From contig JACQSK010000005.1 in NCBI GenBank assembly GCA_016205975.1, forward strand, positions 13,362 to 77,361: a DNA stretch of 64,000 nt, read 5' to 3'. Position 1 is the stretch's first letter. Each line of letters opens with the position of its first letter. Below, piece after piece: positions 10,625 through 20,435 of this stretch. The translations under genes and the position numbers were made by a program. Origin of the DNA: Candidatus Uhrbacteria bacterium. Its GTDB lineage: Bacteria; Patescibacteriota; Patescibacteriia; UBA9934; GWF2-40-263. The notes beneath the pieces are model-generated. The model was not told the origin of the DNA, ran no database searches, and saw nothing but the letters and a program-made list of their open reading frames with translations.

Positions 10625-11521
10625 ATGAACGCTTCGTTTCCAAAAATCTCTATTGTGACGGCATGCTATAACCATGCTTCCTTTATCGCCGAGACGATCG
10701 AATCCATTGTGTCGCAGGAATATCCCAACCTGGAATACATCGTCATGGACGACGGCAGCACGGACGGAAGCTGGGAAGTCATCCAGCGCTACCGATCGCG
10801 CCTCACGCATTGTGAACGTCTGGAGGGCTACCGAGCATCACCCGTCGCGGCCTTGAACGAAGGATTCCAAAAAACAACCGGAGAGATCATGCTCTTCCTC
10901 AACAGCGACGACATCTTGCTTCCCAAGAGCCTGTTCGTGATTGCAAAAATCTATCAGGAACATCCCGAAGTTGAATGGCTGACGGGTATGGCCACAACGA
11001 TCAACGAACGTTCGGAACTAGTGAACTCGCGCCTGCGACTGAAGCACCTCTTCGATTTTCTCATCGGAAACTGGAAAATCATCCAACAAGAGTCGACCTC
11101 CTGGAGACGCTCGCTGTGGGAGAAGACGGGCGGAGCACTCAATGGAGAAAAGCGCTGGGCGTTTGATACGGAACTCTGGACACGTTTTTTTCTTCACGCG
11201 ACCCATTTCCATGCGGCGACTCCCCTGGGCGCGTTCCGCTCTGGAAAGCAAAGCCAAAGCGTCTCCAGCCAAGAAAGTTTTTTGGCACCAAGCCGTTTCT
11301 ATTTGCACAGACTCACGACAGCCGCTTCCCAAAAACAGCGCCTCTTGGCATATCTCTACCGGCTGTGTCGGCCCCTTGGGAGCATCCTTGCTCTGATTCC
11401 TAACGCGCGCTACCAGCGCATTCCCTTCCTGAATCACTTTGCGTATGATGTCCTCACCTACGATCAAGGGCAGGATCGTTGGAAGGCACAAAAACAAAAC
11501 CCCTTTCGCCCCGCTCTATAA
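10625..11521 (+). CDS. glycosyltransferase family 2
   Basis: ISIVTACYNHASFIAETIESIVSQEYPNLEYIVMDDGSTDGS (GT-A DxD region). Confidence 0.8.
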   Translation: MNASFPKISIVTACYNHASFIAETIESIVSQEYPNLEYIVMDDGSTDGSWEVIQRYRSRLTHCERLEGYRASPVAALNEGFQKTTGEIMLFLNSDDILLPKSLFVIAKIYQEHPEVEWLTGMATTINERSELVNSRLRLKHLFDFLIGNWKIIQQESTSWRRSLWEKTGGALNGEKRWAFDTELWTRFFLHATHFHAATPLGAFRSGKQSQSVSSQESFLAPSRFYLHRLTTAASQKQRLLAYLYRLCRPLGSILALIPNARYQRIPFLNHFAYDVLTYDQGQDRWKAQKQNPFRPAL

Positions 11522-11524
11522 CGT

Positions 11525-12790
11525 ATGTCCTCTGTTTCAATCATCGGACTGGGAAAACTCGGCTCCTGCATGGCCGCCGTGTATGCCAGCAAGGGGCATG
11601 AGGTTTTTGGATTTGATCTCCAAGGAGCCCATGTGGCTGCTATCGCAGAAGCGAAACCTCCTGTCGTGGAAACGGACTTGGCGGCAACCCTCTCTCAAGG
11701 CCGACCTCGCCTCCACGGTACCGCGAGCGTCCAAGAGGCCGTTGATCGATCTTCTCTTACCTTCATCATCGTCCCAACACCCTCTGAACCTGAAGGCCAT
11801 TTTTCTTTAGACTCTGTGCGGCAAGCTTGTCATGACGTAGGCAAAGCGCTCAGGGGAAAAAAAGATTACCATCTCGTCGTGCTCACGAGTACCGTCCTTC
11901 CAAAAAATTGCGAGGAAAAAATCATTCCCGTTTTGGAACAAACATCCGGGAAAACCTGCGGAAAAGATTTCGGTTTTTGCTATAGCCCGCTGTTCATCGC
12001 CATAGGCTCGGTCATCCGGAACCTAAGACGCCCGGATTTTTTTCTCGTGGGACAAGCGGACGTACGCTCTGGCGATACGCTCGAAGCGTTTTACCAAACC
12101 GTCTGTGACGCTCTCGTCCCCGTGCGGCGTATGAGCCTACCAAGCGCGGAGCTCACGAAGATCGCCGTCAATAGCTACGTCACTATGAAAATTACCTTCG
12201 CCAATATGCTGGGCGAGATCGCTGAAAAAATCCCAGGGGTAAACATTGACGAGGTGACCGATGCCCTTGGCAGCGATGCGCGCATCGGCGCGATGTATCT
12301 CAAAAGTGGCCTGGGCTACGGCGGCCCTTGCTTCCCTCGGGACAATCGGGCGTTCGCCCACATGGCTCGGGAGCGCGGGGTCGATGCCCCGTTTGCCTCC
12401 AAGACTGACGCATACAACAAAACGCTCATGCACTACTGGACGGACAAAATCAAAACTCTCGCCTCTCCCAGCGACGTGATCGCCGTGATCGGAACCAGTT
12501 ACAAACCCGGCACGGCGTTTGCAGAAGAATCCCAAGCAATCGGCATCATCCAAATCCTCTTGAAAGACGGCTTCACCGTCTGCATCCATAACCCAGACGG
12601 AAACGAAGATACACGCAAGCGCCTTGGAGATTCTGTCACCTACTACGAGGATCTCGCGGCGTGCCTTAAACGAGCCACCATCGTCTTCCTGGGTCTTCCT
12701 GTAAAAGAAAATTCAGCGCTGGAATGTTTGAGACAACAAAGAGCCGTCCGCATCATCGATCCTTGGCGTCAGCTTGCCTCCCGTCTATGA
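11525..12790 (+). CDS. nucleotide-sugar 6-dehydrogenase (UDP-glucose/GDP-mannose dehydrogenase family)
   Basis: N-terminal ISIIGLGKLGSCMAAVYA NAD fold and catalytic GGPCFPRD (cf. GGSCFPKD of Ugd); 421 aa. Confidence 0.85.
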   Translation: MSSVSIIGLGKLGSCMAAVYASKGHEVFGFDLQGAHVAAIAEAKPPVVETDLAATLSQGRPRLHGTASVQEAVDRSSLTFIIVPTPSEPEGHFSLDSVRQACHDVGKALRGKKDYHLVVLTSTVLPKNCEEKIIPVLEQTSGKTCGKDFGFCYSPLFIAIGSVIRNLRRPDFFLVGQADVRSGDTLEAFYQTVCDALVPVRRMSLPSAELTKIAVNSYVTMKITFANMLGEIAEKIPGVNIDEVTDALGSDARIGAMYLKSGLGYGGPCFPRDNRAFAHMARERGVDAPFASKTDAYNKTLMHYWTDKIKTLASPSDVIAVIGTSYKPGTAFAEESQAIGIIQILLKDGFTVCIHNPDGNEDTRKRLGDSVTYYEDLAACLKRATIVFLGLPVKENSALECLRQQRAVRIIDPWRQLASRL

Positions 12791-13497
12791 ATCTCAAATC
12801 ACTCATCAAGCGCGCCCTGCCGTTATTTGGCTTGAGCTACCGCCATGTTGCCGTTCCGGTGTTCCGATCTAACATCTATTCGCAAAACGGCGAAGACGGC
12901 GTCATCGAGTTCCTCCTGAAAAAAATGCCAACCCTTCCACGGTATCTGATCGACATCGGCGCCAACGACGGCGTGGAATCGAGCAACAGCCGATGGCTCA
13001 TCGAAAAATACGGCTTTGATGGACTCCTGATCGAACCCTACCCGCCCGCTTTTGAAAACCTCAAAAACCTGTATCAAAATCAGGTCGGAATGACCTTGTC
13101 CAACCAGGCCGTCGGCGCAACATCCCATCAAGGAGCGATCAACTGGCATGGACACTTCCAAAGTCTTCCCACGCCCATCCGCCAGGTCAATGAGGTTCTT
13201 GAACAGGCTCCGCAGGAAATAGGATTCTTATCGATTGATGTAGACGGCCAGGACAACGAGGTACTACAATCTATTGACTGGAAGCGACATCGGCCATGGT
13301 TCGTCATCGCCGAAATAGACTCAAGTGCTCCCAACCACCTTCAGGCACAGACCGATATCATGGATCAGGCCGGTTACCAACCGTTCCTGCACATCGGCAA
13401 CGTGTTCTACGTCAGAAAAGATAAAGCAGGAGAGCTTCTCTTTAACTGGAAAACGCCGTTCTCAGGCGTCTTCGGAGTCTTCAAAAAAACCCTATGA
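12787..13497 (+). CDS. FkbM-family methyltransferase
   Basis: IDIGANDGVESSNSRWLIEKYGFDGLLIEPYPPAFENLK (Methyltransf_21 pattern). Track start 12724 overlaps the upstream gene; ATG 12787 (MNLKSL...) is preferred. Confidence 0.7.
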   Translation: MNLKSLIKRALPLFGLSYRHVAVPVFRSNIYSQNGEDGVIEFLLKKMPTLPRYLIDIGANDGVESSNSRWLIEKYGFDGLLIEPYPPAFENLKNLYQNQVGMTLSNQAVGATSHQGAINWHGHFQSLPTPIRQVNEVLEQAPQEIGFLSIDVDGQDNEVLQSIDWKRHRPWFVIAEIDSSAPNHLQAQTDIMDQAGYQPFLHIGNVFYVRKDKAGELLFNWKTPFSGVFGVFKKTL

Positions 13498-14426
13498 AAA
13501 TCCTTGTCACGGGAGGGAGTGGATACGTTGGTTCCGTTCTGGTTCCGGCGCTGTTGCGCCAGGGCTACCGCGTCAAAGTTTTTGATAACCTTCTCTTTAA
13601 ACAAACGTCGCTGCTTCCACACTTCATCAATCCTCTTTTCGAATTCGTACACGGTGACGTGCGCGATGTCCATGCGCTCGCGCGCGCGGTGGAAGACGTG
13701 GATCTGATTATCCATTTAGCCGCGATCGTCGGGGCCCCTATTTGCAGCGCACATCCTGAACTGGCGGAAGCCGTCAACTACCAAGGCACGGTGAATCTTG
13801 ACTCGGTACGGTCCTCGCATCAACCGATCATCTATGCTTCCACCGGAAGCAACTACGGGAAGGTCGATGGCATCTGCACGGAAGACACGCCGTTGCATCC
13901 CCTCTCTGTGTACGGCCAAACAAAAACAAAAGCCGAAGAACACCTCAAAAGAAGCGGCAACATGATCGGGTTCCGTTTTGCGACAGCCTTTGGCATCTCG
14001 CCGCGCCTGCGCCTCGACCTCATGCCCAACGATTTTGCGCTGCAAGCCTTACGCGTAGGAAATCTTATCGTCTACCAAAAACAGGTCCGACGGACATTCA
14101 TCCATGTGACGGATATGACCCGCGCGTTCCTCCATGCCATCCAACACTACGAGGAGATGAAAAACGAAATCTACAATGTCGGGCACGAGCGTATGAATCT
14201 GACAAAAGAAGAAGTCGCCCTCCTCGTCAAAAAATTCGTTAACTACTATTTGCACTTTGCTGAAATCGGATCGGATCCGGACCAACGCGATTACGAAGTC
14301 TCGTATGAAAAAATCCGGTCCAAGGGATTTGAAACGCAGGTCAGCATGGAGGAAGGCATCCGTGAGGTTGTCTCCGCTTTGAAACTCCTCCAACCGGAAA
14401 ACCCTTACTCCAATATCAGCATCTAA
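13494..14426 (+). CDS. NAD-dependent epimerase/dehydratase (SDR) of unknown sugar specificity
   Basis: MKILVTGGSGYVGSVLVPALLRQG Rossmann motif; 310 aa. Confidence 0.75.
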   Translation: MKILVTGGSGYVGSVLVPALLRQGYRVKVFDNLLFKQTSLLPHFINPLFEFVHGDVRDVHALARAVEDVDLIIHLAAIVGAPICSAHPELAEAVNYQGTVNLDSVRSSHQPIIYASTGSNYGKVDGICTEDTPLHPLSVYGQTKTKAEEHLKRSGNMIGFRFATAFGISPRLRLDLMPNDFALQALRVGNLIVYQKQVRRTFIHVTDMTRAFLHAIQHYEEMKNEIYNVGHERMNLTKEEVALLVKKFVNYYLHFAEIGSDPDQRDYEVSYEKIRSKGFETQVSMEEGIREVVSALKLLQPENPYSNISI

Positions 14427-14429
14427 GCT

Positions 14430-15368
14430 ATGGACACTTCTGCCAAAATCTTCGTTGCTGGACACCATGGCATGGTCGGCTCCTCAATCGTGCGCTCCCT
14501 GCAACGAAACGGATACACGAACCTCCTGCTGCGTTCAAGCTCAGAGCTCGATCTGCGCGACCAGCGTTCCACAATGGACTTTTTTGCCGACGAAAAACCG
14601 GACTACGTCTTCATGGCTGCGGCAAAAGTCGGCGGAATTTTGGCGAACAAGGAACAACAGGCGGAATTTTTCTATGATAACCTGGCGATCGAGCTTCATA
14701 CGATCCATGCCGCTCACCTGTCGGGCGTCAAAAAGTTTTGCTTCCTTGGCAGCTCCTGCATCTATCCGAAACTCGCCCCGCAGCCGATCAAAGAAGACGC
14801 CTTGATGACCGGGCATCTCGAGCCTACGAACTTCGGCTATGCCTCGGCCAAAATTGCCGGCGTAAAAATGTGCGAGGCTTACCACGACCAATACGGATTC
14901 AGCTACGTCGCCCTCATGCCCTGCAACCTATACGGGCCTGGAGACAATTTCGATCCGCGCAGCTCGCATGTGCTCCCTGCCTTGCTCAGAAGAGTCATCG
15001 AAACCAAAGAGCGGGGCGAGGAAACAATCGTCCTATGGGGCACGGGGACGCCAAAGAGAGAGTTCCTCTACGTCGATGACGTTGCAAGCGCCTGTCTCTT
15101 TTTGATGCAAAATGAACAGGCGACAGGGTTGTTCAACGTTGGCATGGGAGAGGACATCGCTACTAAAGACCTGTTGGAAAAAATCTGCCAGATCGTCGGA
15201 TACCAAGGCACGATCGTCCCGGACCTCAGTAAACCCGATGGGACACCGCGCAAAGTCTTGGACGTCAGCAAGCTCCAGGCGCTTGGATGGAAACCGACGG
15301 TCGACCTTGATGCAGGCATCCAACTTCTCTACGCTTGGTTTCTCGAACACCGAGGCGAATTCGTTTGA
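14430..15368 (+). CDS. fcl: GDP-L-fucose synthase (GDP-4-keto-6-deoxy-D-mannose 3,5-epimerase-4-reductase)
   Basis: KIFVAGHHGMVGSSIVRSL N-terminus and overall Fcl/WcaG conservation; 312 aa. Confidence 0.85.
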   Translation: MDTSAKIFVAGHHGMVGSSIVRSLQRNGYTNLLLRSSSELDLRDQRSTMDFFADEKPDYVFMAAAKVGGILANKEQQAEFFYDNLAIELHTIHAAHLSGVKKFCFLGSSCIYPKLAPQPIKEDALMTGHLEPTNFGYASAKIAGVKMCEAYHDQYGFSYVALMPCNLYGPGDNFDPRSSHVLPALLRRVIETKERGEETIVLWGTGTPKREFLYVDDVASACLFLMQNEQATGLFNVGMGEDIATKDLLEKICQIVGYQGTIVPDLSKPDGTPRKVLDVSKLQALGWKPTVDLDAGIQLLYAWFLEHRGEFV

Positions 15369-15372
15369 TCGT

Positions 15373-16170
15373 ATGCCTCTTATTTCCGTCATCATCCCTG
15401 CCCACAACAACGAAACGACGATCACCACGGCGATCCAATCCATGATCGATCAAACACACATAGATTTGGAGATCATCGTCGTGGATGACAACAGTACGGA
15501 CGCAACACGCGCAGTCGTCGACTCATTCCCGTCCGTCCGCTCTCTTGCGCTCCCCTTCGACGACCCGCATCGGTTCAACCGCCGTGGCGTGAACATCAAT
15601 GCCGGCTGGATGGCACGCAATTTCGGAATCGATCACGCACGTGGCGAATGGATCACATTCCAGGATGCTGACGACGTGTCCCTCTTGAACCGCATCGAAA
15701 CGCAGTATGAGCTCGCGCAGCGATTCTCATCTGCTCACGTCTGCATCGGCTGGCAATCGTTCAATGAGGTGCTTCTGGGACAGACACTCGATGCAAACGC
15801 CTTTCTTCAAGATCATCCTGAAGCCCTCATGCCCTCGCAAACCATCAGCGCGCTCGCCAAAAAAACAAAGGGCTTCGGATGCACCCTCTTAGGCCCCCTA
15901 CACTCCCTCGTCCCGTTCCCCCTCAAGCGCCGTACACGATTCTTTTTTTCCAGCTGGGATCCGTATCCGTTCGCGGGAAACTCTCCTCTTGTTCGACGCG
16001 ACGTCTTCGATCGAGTGCGTTTCCGCCCGCGCCACAAGCGCGTCTGGCCTTCTGACCGCGGTCGTGGGGCAGATCGGGATTTCAACTTTCAGGTTGCTGA
16101 CATTTTTCAAAACAGCCTGTGCGCCAACATCCCGCTCTACCTCTGGCGAACGGATAAAAAATCCCTATGA
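15373..16170 (+). CDS. glycosyltransferase family 2
   Basis: MPLISVIIPAHNNETTITTAIQSMIDQTHIDLEIIVVDDNSTD. The track ORF (15112) extends upstream in-frame over fcl; ATG 15373 directly after the fcl stop is the likely start. Confidence 0.8.
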   Translation: MPLISVIIPAHNNETTITTAIQSMIDQTHIDLEIIVVDDNSTDATRAVVDSFPSVRSLALPFDDPHRFNRRGVNINAGWMARNFGIDHARGEWITFQDADDVSLLNRIETQYELAQRFSSAHVCIGWQSFNEVLLGQTLDANAFLQDHPEALMPSQTISALAKKTKGFGCTLLGPLHSLVPFPLKRRTRFFFSSWDPYPFAGNSPLVRRDVFDRVRFRPRHKRVWPSDRGRGADRDFNFQVADIFQNSLCANIPLYLWRTDKKSL

Positions 16171-16895
16171 CCATCAAGACCTTCATCAAAGCCCTATTCC
16201 CTAAACGCTCTCTTCCCGCCCTGAGGTGTGTGTACTTCGCGTTATTTCCCTGGAAACAAAAACCGAGTGGAAAGGGTTACCATGAATTTGGATACTGGGA
16301 GACGCGAGCCAAGGCAGAAGGCACACTTATAAACGCGCACTACAAACCTTTTTATACGGCGCACTTCGGACTCACGGAACAGGACTATGCAGGAACATCT
16401 ATCTTGGACATCGGCTGCGGCCCTCGCGGCAGCTTGGAGTGGGCCGACATGACCAAAGAGCGGGTTGGACTCGATCCCCTTGCAGACTATTACCAACGTA
16501 TCGGCGCTCGAGCGCATCGTATGCGCTATGTGTCTTCTCCTTGTGAGCACATCCCATTCCCGGATGCCCACTTTGACACGGTGAGCTCTTTCAATTCTCT
16601 GGATCACGTCGACAACCTGGAACAGACGGCGGATGAGATCGTACGCGTGTTGAAACCTGGAGGACGGTTTTTGCTTCTGACCGATGTGAATCACCAACCG
16701 ACCCCCACCGAACCCATCGCTTTTTCGTGGGACATCCTTTCTGCTTTTTTATGCCGAGGCTTGACGTGCGTACAGGAACGCCGTTATGAGCGCGTACCAG
16801 AAGGTCTCTATCAAGGAATCGACAAGTCCGTCCCCTACGACCACACCAATCAAACGCCGCGCTACGGAATCCTTTCCGCACACTTTATCAAATAA
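16167..16895 (+). CDS. class I SAM-dependent methyltransferase
   Basis: ILDIGCGPRGSLEW (motif I) and LKPGGRFLLLTDV (post-II). Confidence 0.7.
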   Translation: MTIKTFIKALFPKRSLPALRCVYFALFPWKQKPSGKGYHEFGYWETRAKAEGTLINAHYKPFYTAHFGLTEQDYAGTSILDIGCGPRGSLEWADMTKERVGLDPLADYYQRIGARAHRMRYVSSPCEHIPFPDAHFDTVSSFNSLDHVDNLEQTADEIVRVLKPGGRFLLLTDVNHQPTPTEPIAFSWDILSAFLCRGLTCVQERRYERVPEGLYQGIDKSVPYDHTNQTPRYGILSAHFIK

Positions 16896-16899
16896 ACGT

Positions 16900-17490
16900 A
16901 TGCTGCTTGAGAAGTTTCTCCGTCGGAACATCGCCATCTCCTACCGCCTCCTAGACAAACTGAACTCCGGGCTTCACCTTTCTCAAGACGGTCTGTTTCG
17001 AACCGAATTAAAACTGTTTCTCGCCTCCCTTGCCCCTACCCTCCAAGGGAAACGCGTTCTGGACGTTGGCTCTGGACCATGGAACGGACCAAAAGAAATC
17101 TTCTCATCCTGGTGTTCAATCACGACGTTTGACATCGTCCCCCATGAACAGGTGGACGTCGTGGGCGATCTCTACCAACTCTCGGACGTTTTCTCCCACG
17201 TACCGCCATTTGATGCGGTCATCGCCACGGAAGTCTTCGAGCATGTCGCGGACATCCCCATCGTCCTGCAACAAATCAAACACGTCCTCACGCCAGGCGG
17301 ACGGATCGTAATCTCGACACCATTCAAAAAAAATCTGCACGGAGAAGACTATGGGGATTACTGGCGAATCACCAGACAAGGCTGGCGGTATCTCCTAGAA
17401 CAAGCAGGTTTTGAAAGCATCGCTATCACATGGCTCGGAGAAGAATTGCTTCCGCTCGCGTATTTCGTTCAGGCTTCCAGATCATCATAG
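16900..17490 (+). CDS. class I SAM-dependent methyltransferase
   Basis: VLDVGSGPWNGP and LTPGGRIVISTP motifs. Track start 16786 overlaps the upstream gene; ATG 16900 follows the upstream stop. Confidence 0.65.
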   Translation: MLLEKFLRRNIAISYRLLDKLNSGLHLSQDGLFRTELKLFLASLAPTLQGKRVLDVGSGPWNGPKEIFSSWCSITTFDIVPHEQVDVVGDLYQLSDVFSHVPPFDAVIATEVFEHVADIPIVLQQIKHVLTPGGRIVISTPFKKNLHGEDYGDYWRITRQGWRYLLEQAGFESIAITWLGEELLPLAYFVQASRSS

Positions 17491-19386
17491 GCTCGAATCT
17501 GTACGTTCAAACCATTCCTGCAACCAAAGGCGCAACATAAGCAGTGACCAAAGCTTGCGCGAGACATCCTCTCCCCGCTCATGGCGCGTGAGAAGGTCTT
17601 CGATGGCACTCCGGCTGAACCCGAAGCGAAGGAATGACGGGGCAAGGATGTGCTCGCGGACAAACGTTTTGAGCGTCGTGCGCAGCCAGATATCACAGGG
17701 GACGTTAAATCCCCTTTTTGGTTTCTCAAGGATCTCCAGCGGGACAAGGGCTTTAGCAATTTCCTTCAAAAGAATCTTTGACTCACGGCCAGCAAGCTTC
17801 ATCGCCACGGGCATCGAGGCGACCTGGGACACGAATACCTGATCGAGCAGCGGAGAGCGCACTTCCAGAGCATGTGCCATTGAGGCCATGTCCGTTTTGA
17901 CGAGCAGGTCATCGGGAAGATACGACTCAAAATCAACAAACAGCATCTGTTCGGTTGGACTCAACCCGGAGGACTCTTCAAACAGTCTCTGCATGACCGA
18001 GCTGGCGCGCGAGGCCAAGACGCGTTGCCTCGCCTCAGGCGTATACAATGCCTCCTTTTCATCTTCACGGAAAAAACCGAACGAGTGAAGATAAAATCTC
18101 CCGCGAACGCCCGTATAGGCAGAAAGGATTGTCGCGAGATACTCGAGTCGCTTTTGTTTGGTGAGACGTGAGGCGTGGCGCAGGACAGACGCCAAGGGTC
18201 CGCTTGCAGGACCAACGACTGCGCCAAACCGCCTAAGCGTCTCATAGCGCTGCATGGCTTTATAACGCGCGTAGCCGGCAAAGTTTTCATCTCCCCCGTC
18301 GCCATTCAACGCCACGGTCACGTGCTGGCGCGTCAACTCGCAAAGTATCCAGGTCGGCAAAGCCGACGAATCGGCAAACGGTTCTTCAAAATGGCGAGCG
18401 ATCTTGGGCAAGAGATCCACGGCATCGGACTCGACCACAAACTCGTGATGGTCTGTGCCGTACCGCTCAGCCACAAGGCGCGCTTGGGGAAGTTCGTTAT
18501 GCGAGTCTTCACGAAAACCGATGGAGAACGTCTTGACCGGCCGGCTCGACGCTTGCGCCATGAGTGCGACCACCAGCGAGGAGTCGACTCCGCCGGAGAG
18601 ATGCGCGCCCAGAGGGACATCGCTCACCATCCGAAGCCGCACGGACTCTTTGAGCGACTCCGTGATCTTTTCCTTCCACTCTTGCGGCGTGTGCTGCTCC
18701 TTTTTGGAAAAATCCAACTGCCAGTAGCGCTTTTTTCGTACCTCGCCGTTTTCTTTTACAATCAAATAGTGCGCCGGCTCGAGTTTTTCAATGCCGAGAA
18801 ACCCCGTCTTCGGATGCGGAACGAATTGATAGGAAAGATATTCATCCACGGCCGCCCAGTCGATCTCCTTGGGAATCTCGGGATTGACGAATAGCGCCTT
18901 CAACTCCGAGGCAAAAATGAACCGATGCGCATCAAGATAAAACTTCAGTGGTTTTTTACCAAGGCGGTCGCGCGCGATAAAGAGCTCGCGGGCGCGTGCG
19001 TCCCAGATGGCAAACGCAAACATGCCGCGCAGCCGCTCTAAGCAGCCCACACCGTATTTTTTGTAGAGATGGATGATCACCTCGCTGTCAGTCTCAGAAA
19101 GGAAGCGCACACCGTCCGCTTCCAGCTCTGCGCGCAGGGAACGGAAATTATAAATCTCGCCGTTGAACACCAAATGAACCTCACGAGCTTCATCGCTCAT
19201 GGGCTGGTGACCGCGCACAGACAAATCGATAATCGCCAGGCGCCGAAACCCCAGCCCCACATTCCCATCGACAAACATCCCCGCATCATCGGGTCCCCGA
19301 TGCGCCAGGCGGTCGCTCATGGCCTTGAGGGTCTGCGCCTGAACGGGTTCTGTGTTGAAATTCAGTCGTCCGACAATTCCGCACAT
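17485..19386 (-). CDS. asnB: asparagine synthetase B-type glutamine amidotransferase (glycan amidation enzyme, WbpS-like context)
   Basis: Canonical N-terminus MCGIVGRLNF (Ntn Cys), SGGVDSS PP-loop, 633 aa. Confidence 0.9.
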   Translation of the reverse strand: MCGIVGRLNFNTEPVQAQTLKAMSDRLAHRGPDDAGMFVDGNVGLGFRRLAIIDLSVRGHQPMSDEAREVHLVFNGEIYNFRSLRAELEADGVRFLSETDSEVIIHLYKKYGVGCLERLRGMFAFAIWDARARELFIARDRLGKKPLKFYLDAHRFIFASELKALFVNPEIPKEIDWAAVDEYLSYQFVPHPKTGFLGIEKLEPAHYLIVKENGEVRKKRYWQLDFSKKEQHTPQEWKEKITESLKESVRLRMVSDVPLGAHLSGGVDSSLVVALMAQASSRPVKTFSIGFREDSHNELPQARLVAERYGTDHHEFVVESDAVDLLPKIARHFEEPFADSSALPTWILCELTRQHVTVALNGDGGDENFAGYARYKAMQRYETLRRFGAVVGPASGPLASVLRHASRLTKQKRLEYLATILSAYTGVRGRFYLHSFGFFREDEKEALYTPEARQRVLASRASSVMQRLFEESSGLSPTEQMLFVDFESYLPDDLLVKTDMASMAHALEVRSPLLDQVFVSQVASMPVAMKLAGRESKILLKEIAKALVPLEILEKPKRGFNVPCDIWLRTTLKTFVREHILAPSFLRFGFSRSAIEDLLTRHERGEDVSRKLWSLLMLRLWLQEWFERTDSSL

Positions 19387-20435
19387 AAGGTTCGTAGGCC
19401 TTGGTAAAAAGAATCTTCAGGAATCTCATCAACCGCCTGCCGTGCGGCGCCTCCCAGCGAGGCAAGCTGTTTTTCGTTCTGCCAGAGAGCGCGAATCTTT
19501 TGCACAAGATCCTGAGCATCCCCAGGCTCGTAGAACACGACCTCACGGCCATCATCCAATGGGTAAGTGCTTGTGAGCGCCAGCGTTTTTGCCACCACGG
19601 TCGCCTTGCCCATCGCCAGCGCCTCAAGCAGCGCGCGCTGGCCCGTGAAACGATGGACCTCCTGGAGGCTCACGACCACGAGTCGGGCCTGGCGATACCA
19701 ATCAAGCAAGGTCGGATAGGCAACCAGGTTCAGGACAAGCTCCACGTTCCCAGGAACACAGAGCCCTTGTACGCGCGCCCGAGACGTCACGACCTTGGCA
19801 GGAATCTTCAGCGCCTCCAGAGCCTTAAACAGCGTTTGAAAATCCCTCCCGACGTCTCGGCCGACGCAGAGCACGAAATCTCCCAAGGACGCCTGGAAGT
19901 CCGGTTGATAAAAATGCGTATCTGCTTCCAAGAGAACAGAGCGTGCCCGCGCTCCCGTCAGGTCGCGATACAGGGCTTCCTCCAGTGGCGACCAGCAGAC
20001 GATGAAATCCGCGGCGCGCAACAGCCACCGATACCAGGCAAAGAGCCGCGTGTGCTGTTGCGCCTCGAGTTCGTTGATCAGCCCGGCAGAGATGAAGCCC
20101 ACTCGCCCGCGGATGAACCCCAGGCGCTTGAGAAGCAGAAGCGGCAACCCCGTCGAGTCGGTCTCTGCGAGGATCACCTCCTGCCGACGGATGGCCCACA
20201 GGTGCCTCAAGGCTTGATCAAGACGGAACCCAACATGCACGCGCGCAATGAGGTACGTCTCAAGCGGCCGGCACAGCAGCTGCAAAAAAGGATTCCGCAC
20301 CCAGCGCACGCACAGGTCAAAGGCAGGATCCTCGCGCAGTTTGTCTGTCCCATAAAAAATAACCGATGGGACATCTCCCGCCTGCTCGTAGGGTGGTCGG
20401 CTTGCCGCAAAATAGAGAAGCGCAGTTTTTTTCAC
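19362..20435 (-). CDS. glycosyltransferase family 4
   Basis: C-terminal region with LLEALAMGKATVVAKT donor motif; overlaps asnB start and the wzx stop (operon). Confidence 0.7.
   Translation of the reverse strand: MKKTALLYFAASRPPYEQAGDVPSVIFYGTDKLREDPAFDLCVRWVRNPFLQLLCRPLETYLIARVHVGFRLDQALRHLWAIRRQEVILAETDSTGLPLLLLKRLGFIRGRVGFISAGLINELEAQQHTRLFAWYRWLLRAADFIVCWSPLEEALYRDLTGARARSVLLEADTHFYQPDFQASLGDFVLCVGRDVGRDFQTLFKALEALKIPAKVVTSRARVQGLCVPGNVELVLNLVAYPTLLDWYRQARLVVVSLQEVHRFTGQRALLEALAMGKATVVAKTLALTSTYPLDDGREVVFYEPGDAQDLVQKIRALWQNEKQLASLGGAARQAVDEIPEDSFYQGLRTLCAELSDD

Noticed and set aside
15112-15372. Upstream extension of GT2 ORF into fcl
   Set aside because: In-frame read-through of the fcl 3' end in another frame. 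ATG 15373 immediately follows the fcl stop and begins the conserved GT2 N-terminus.
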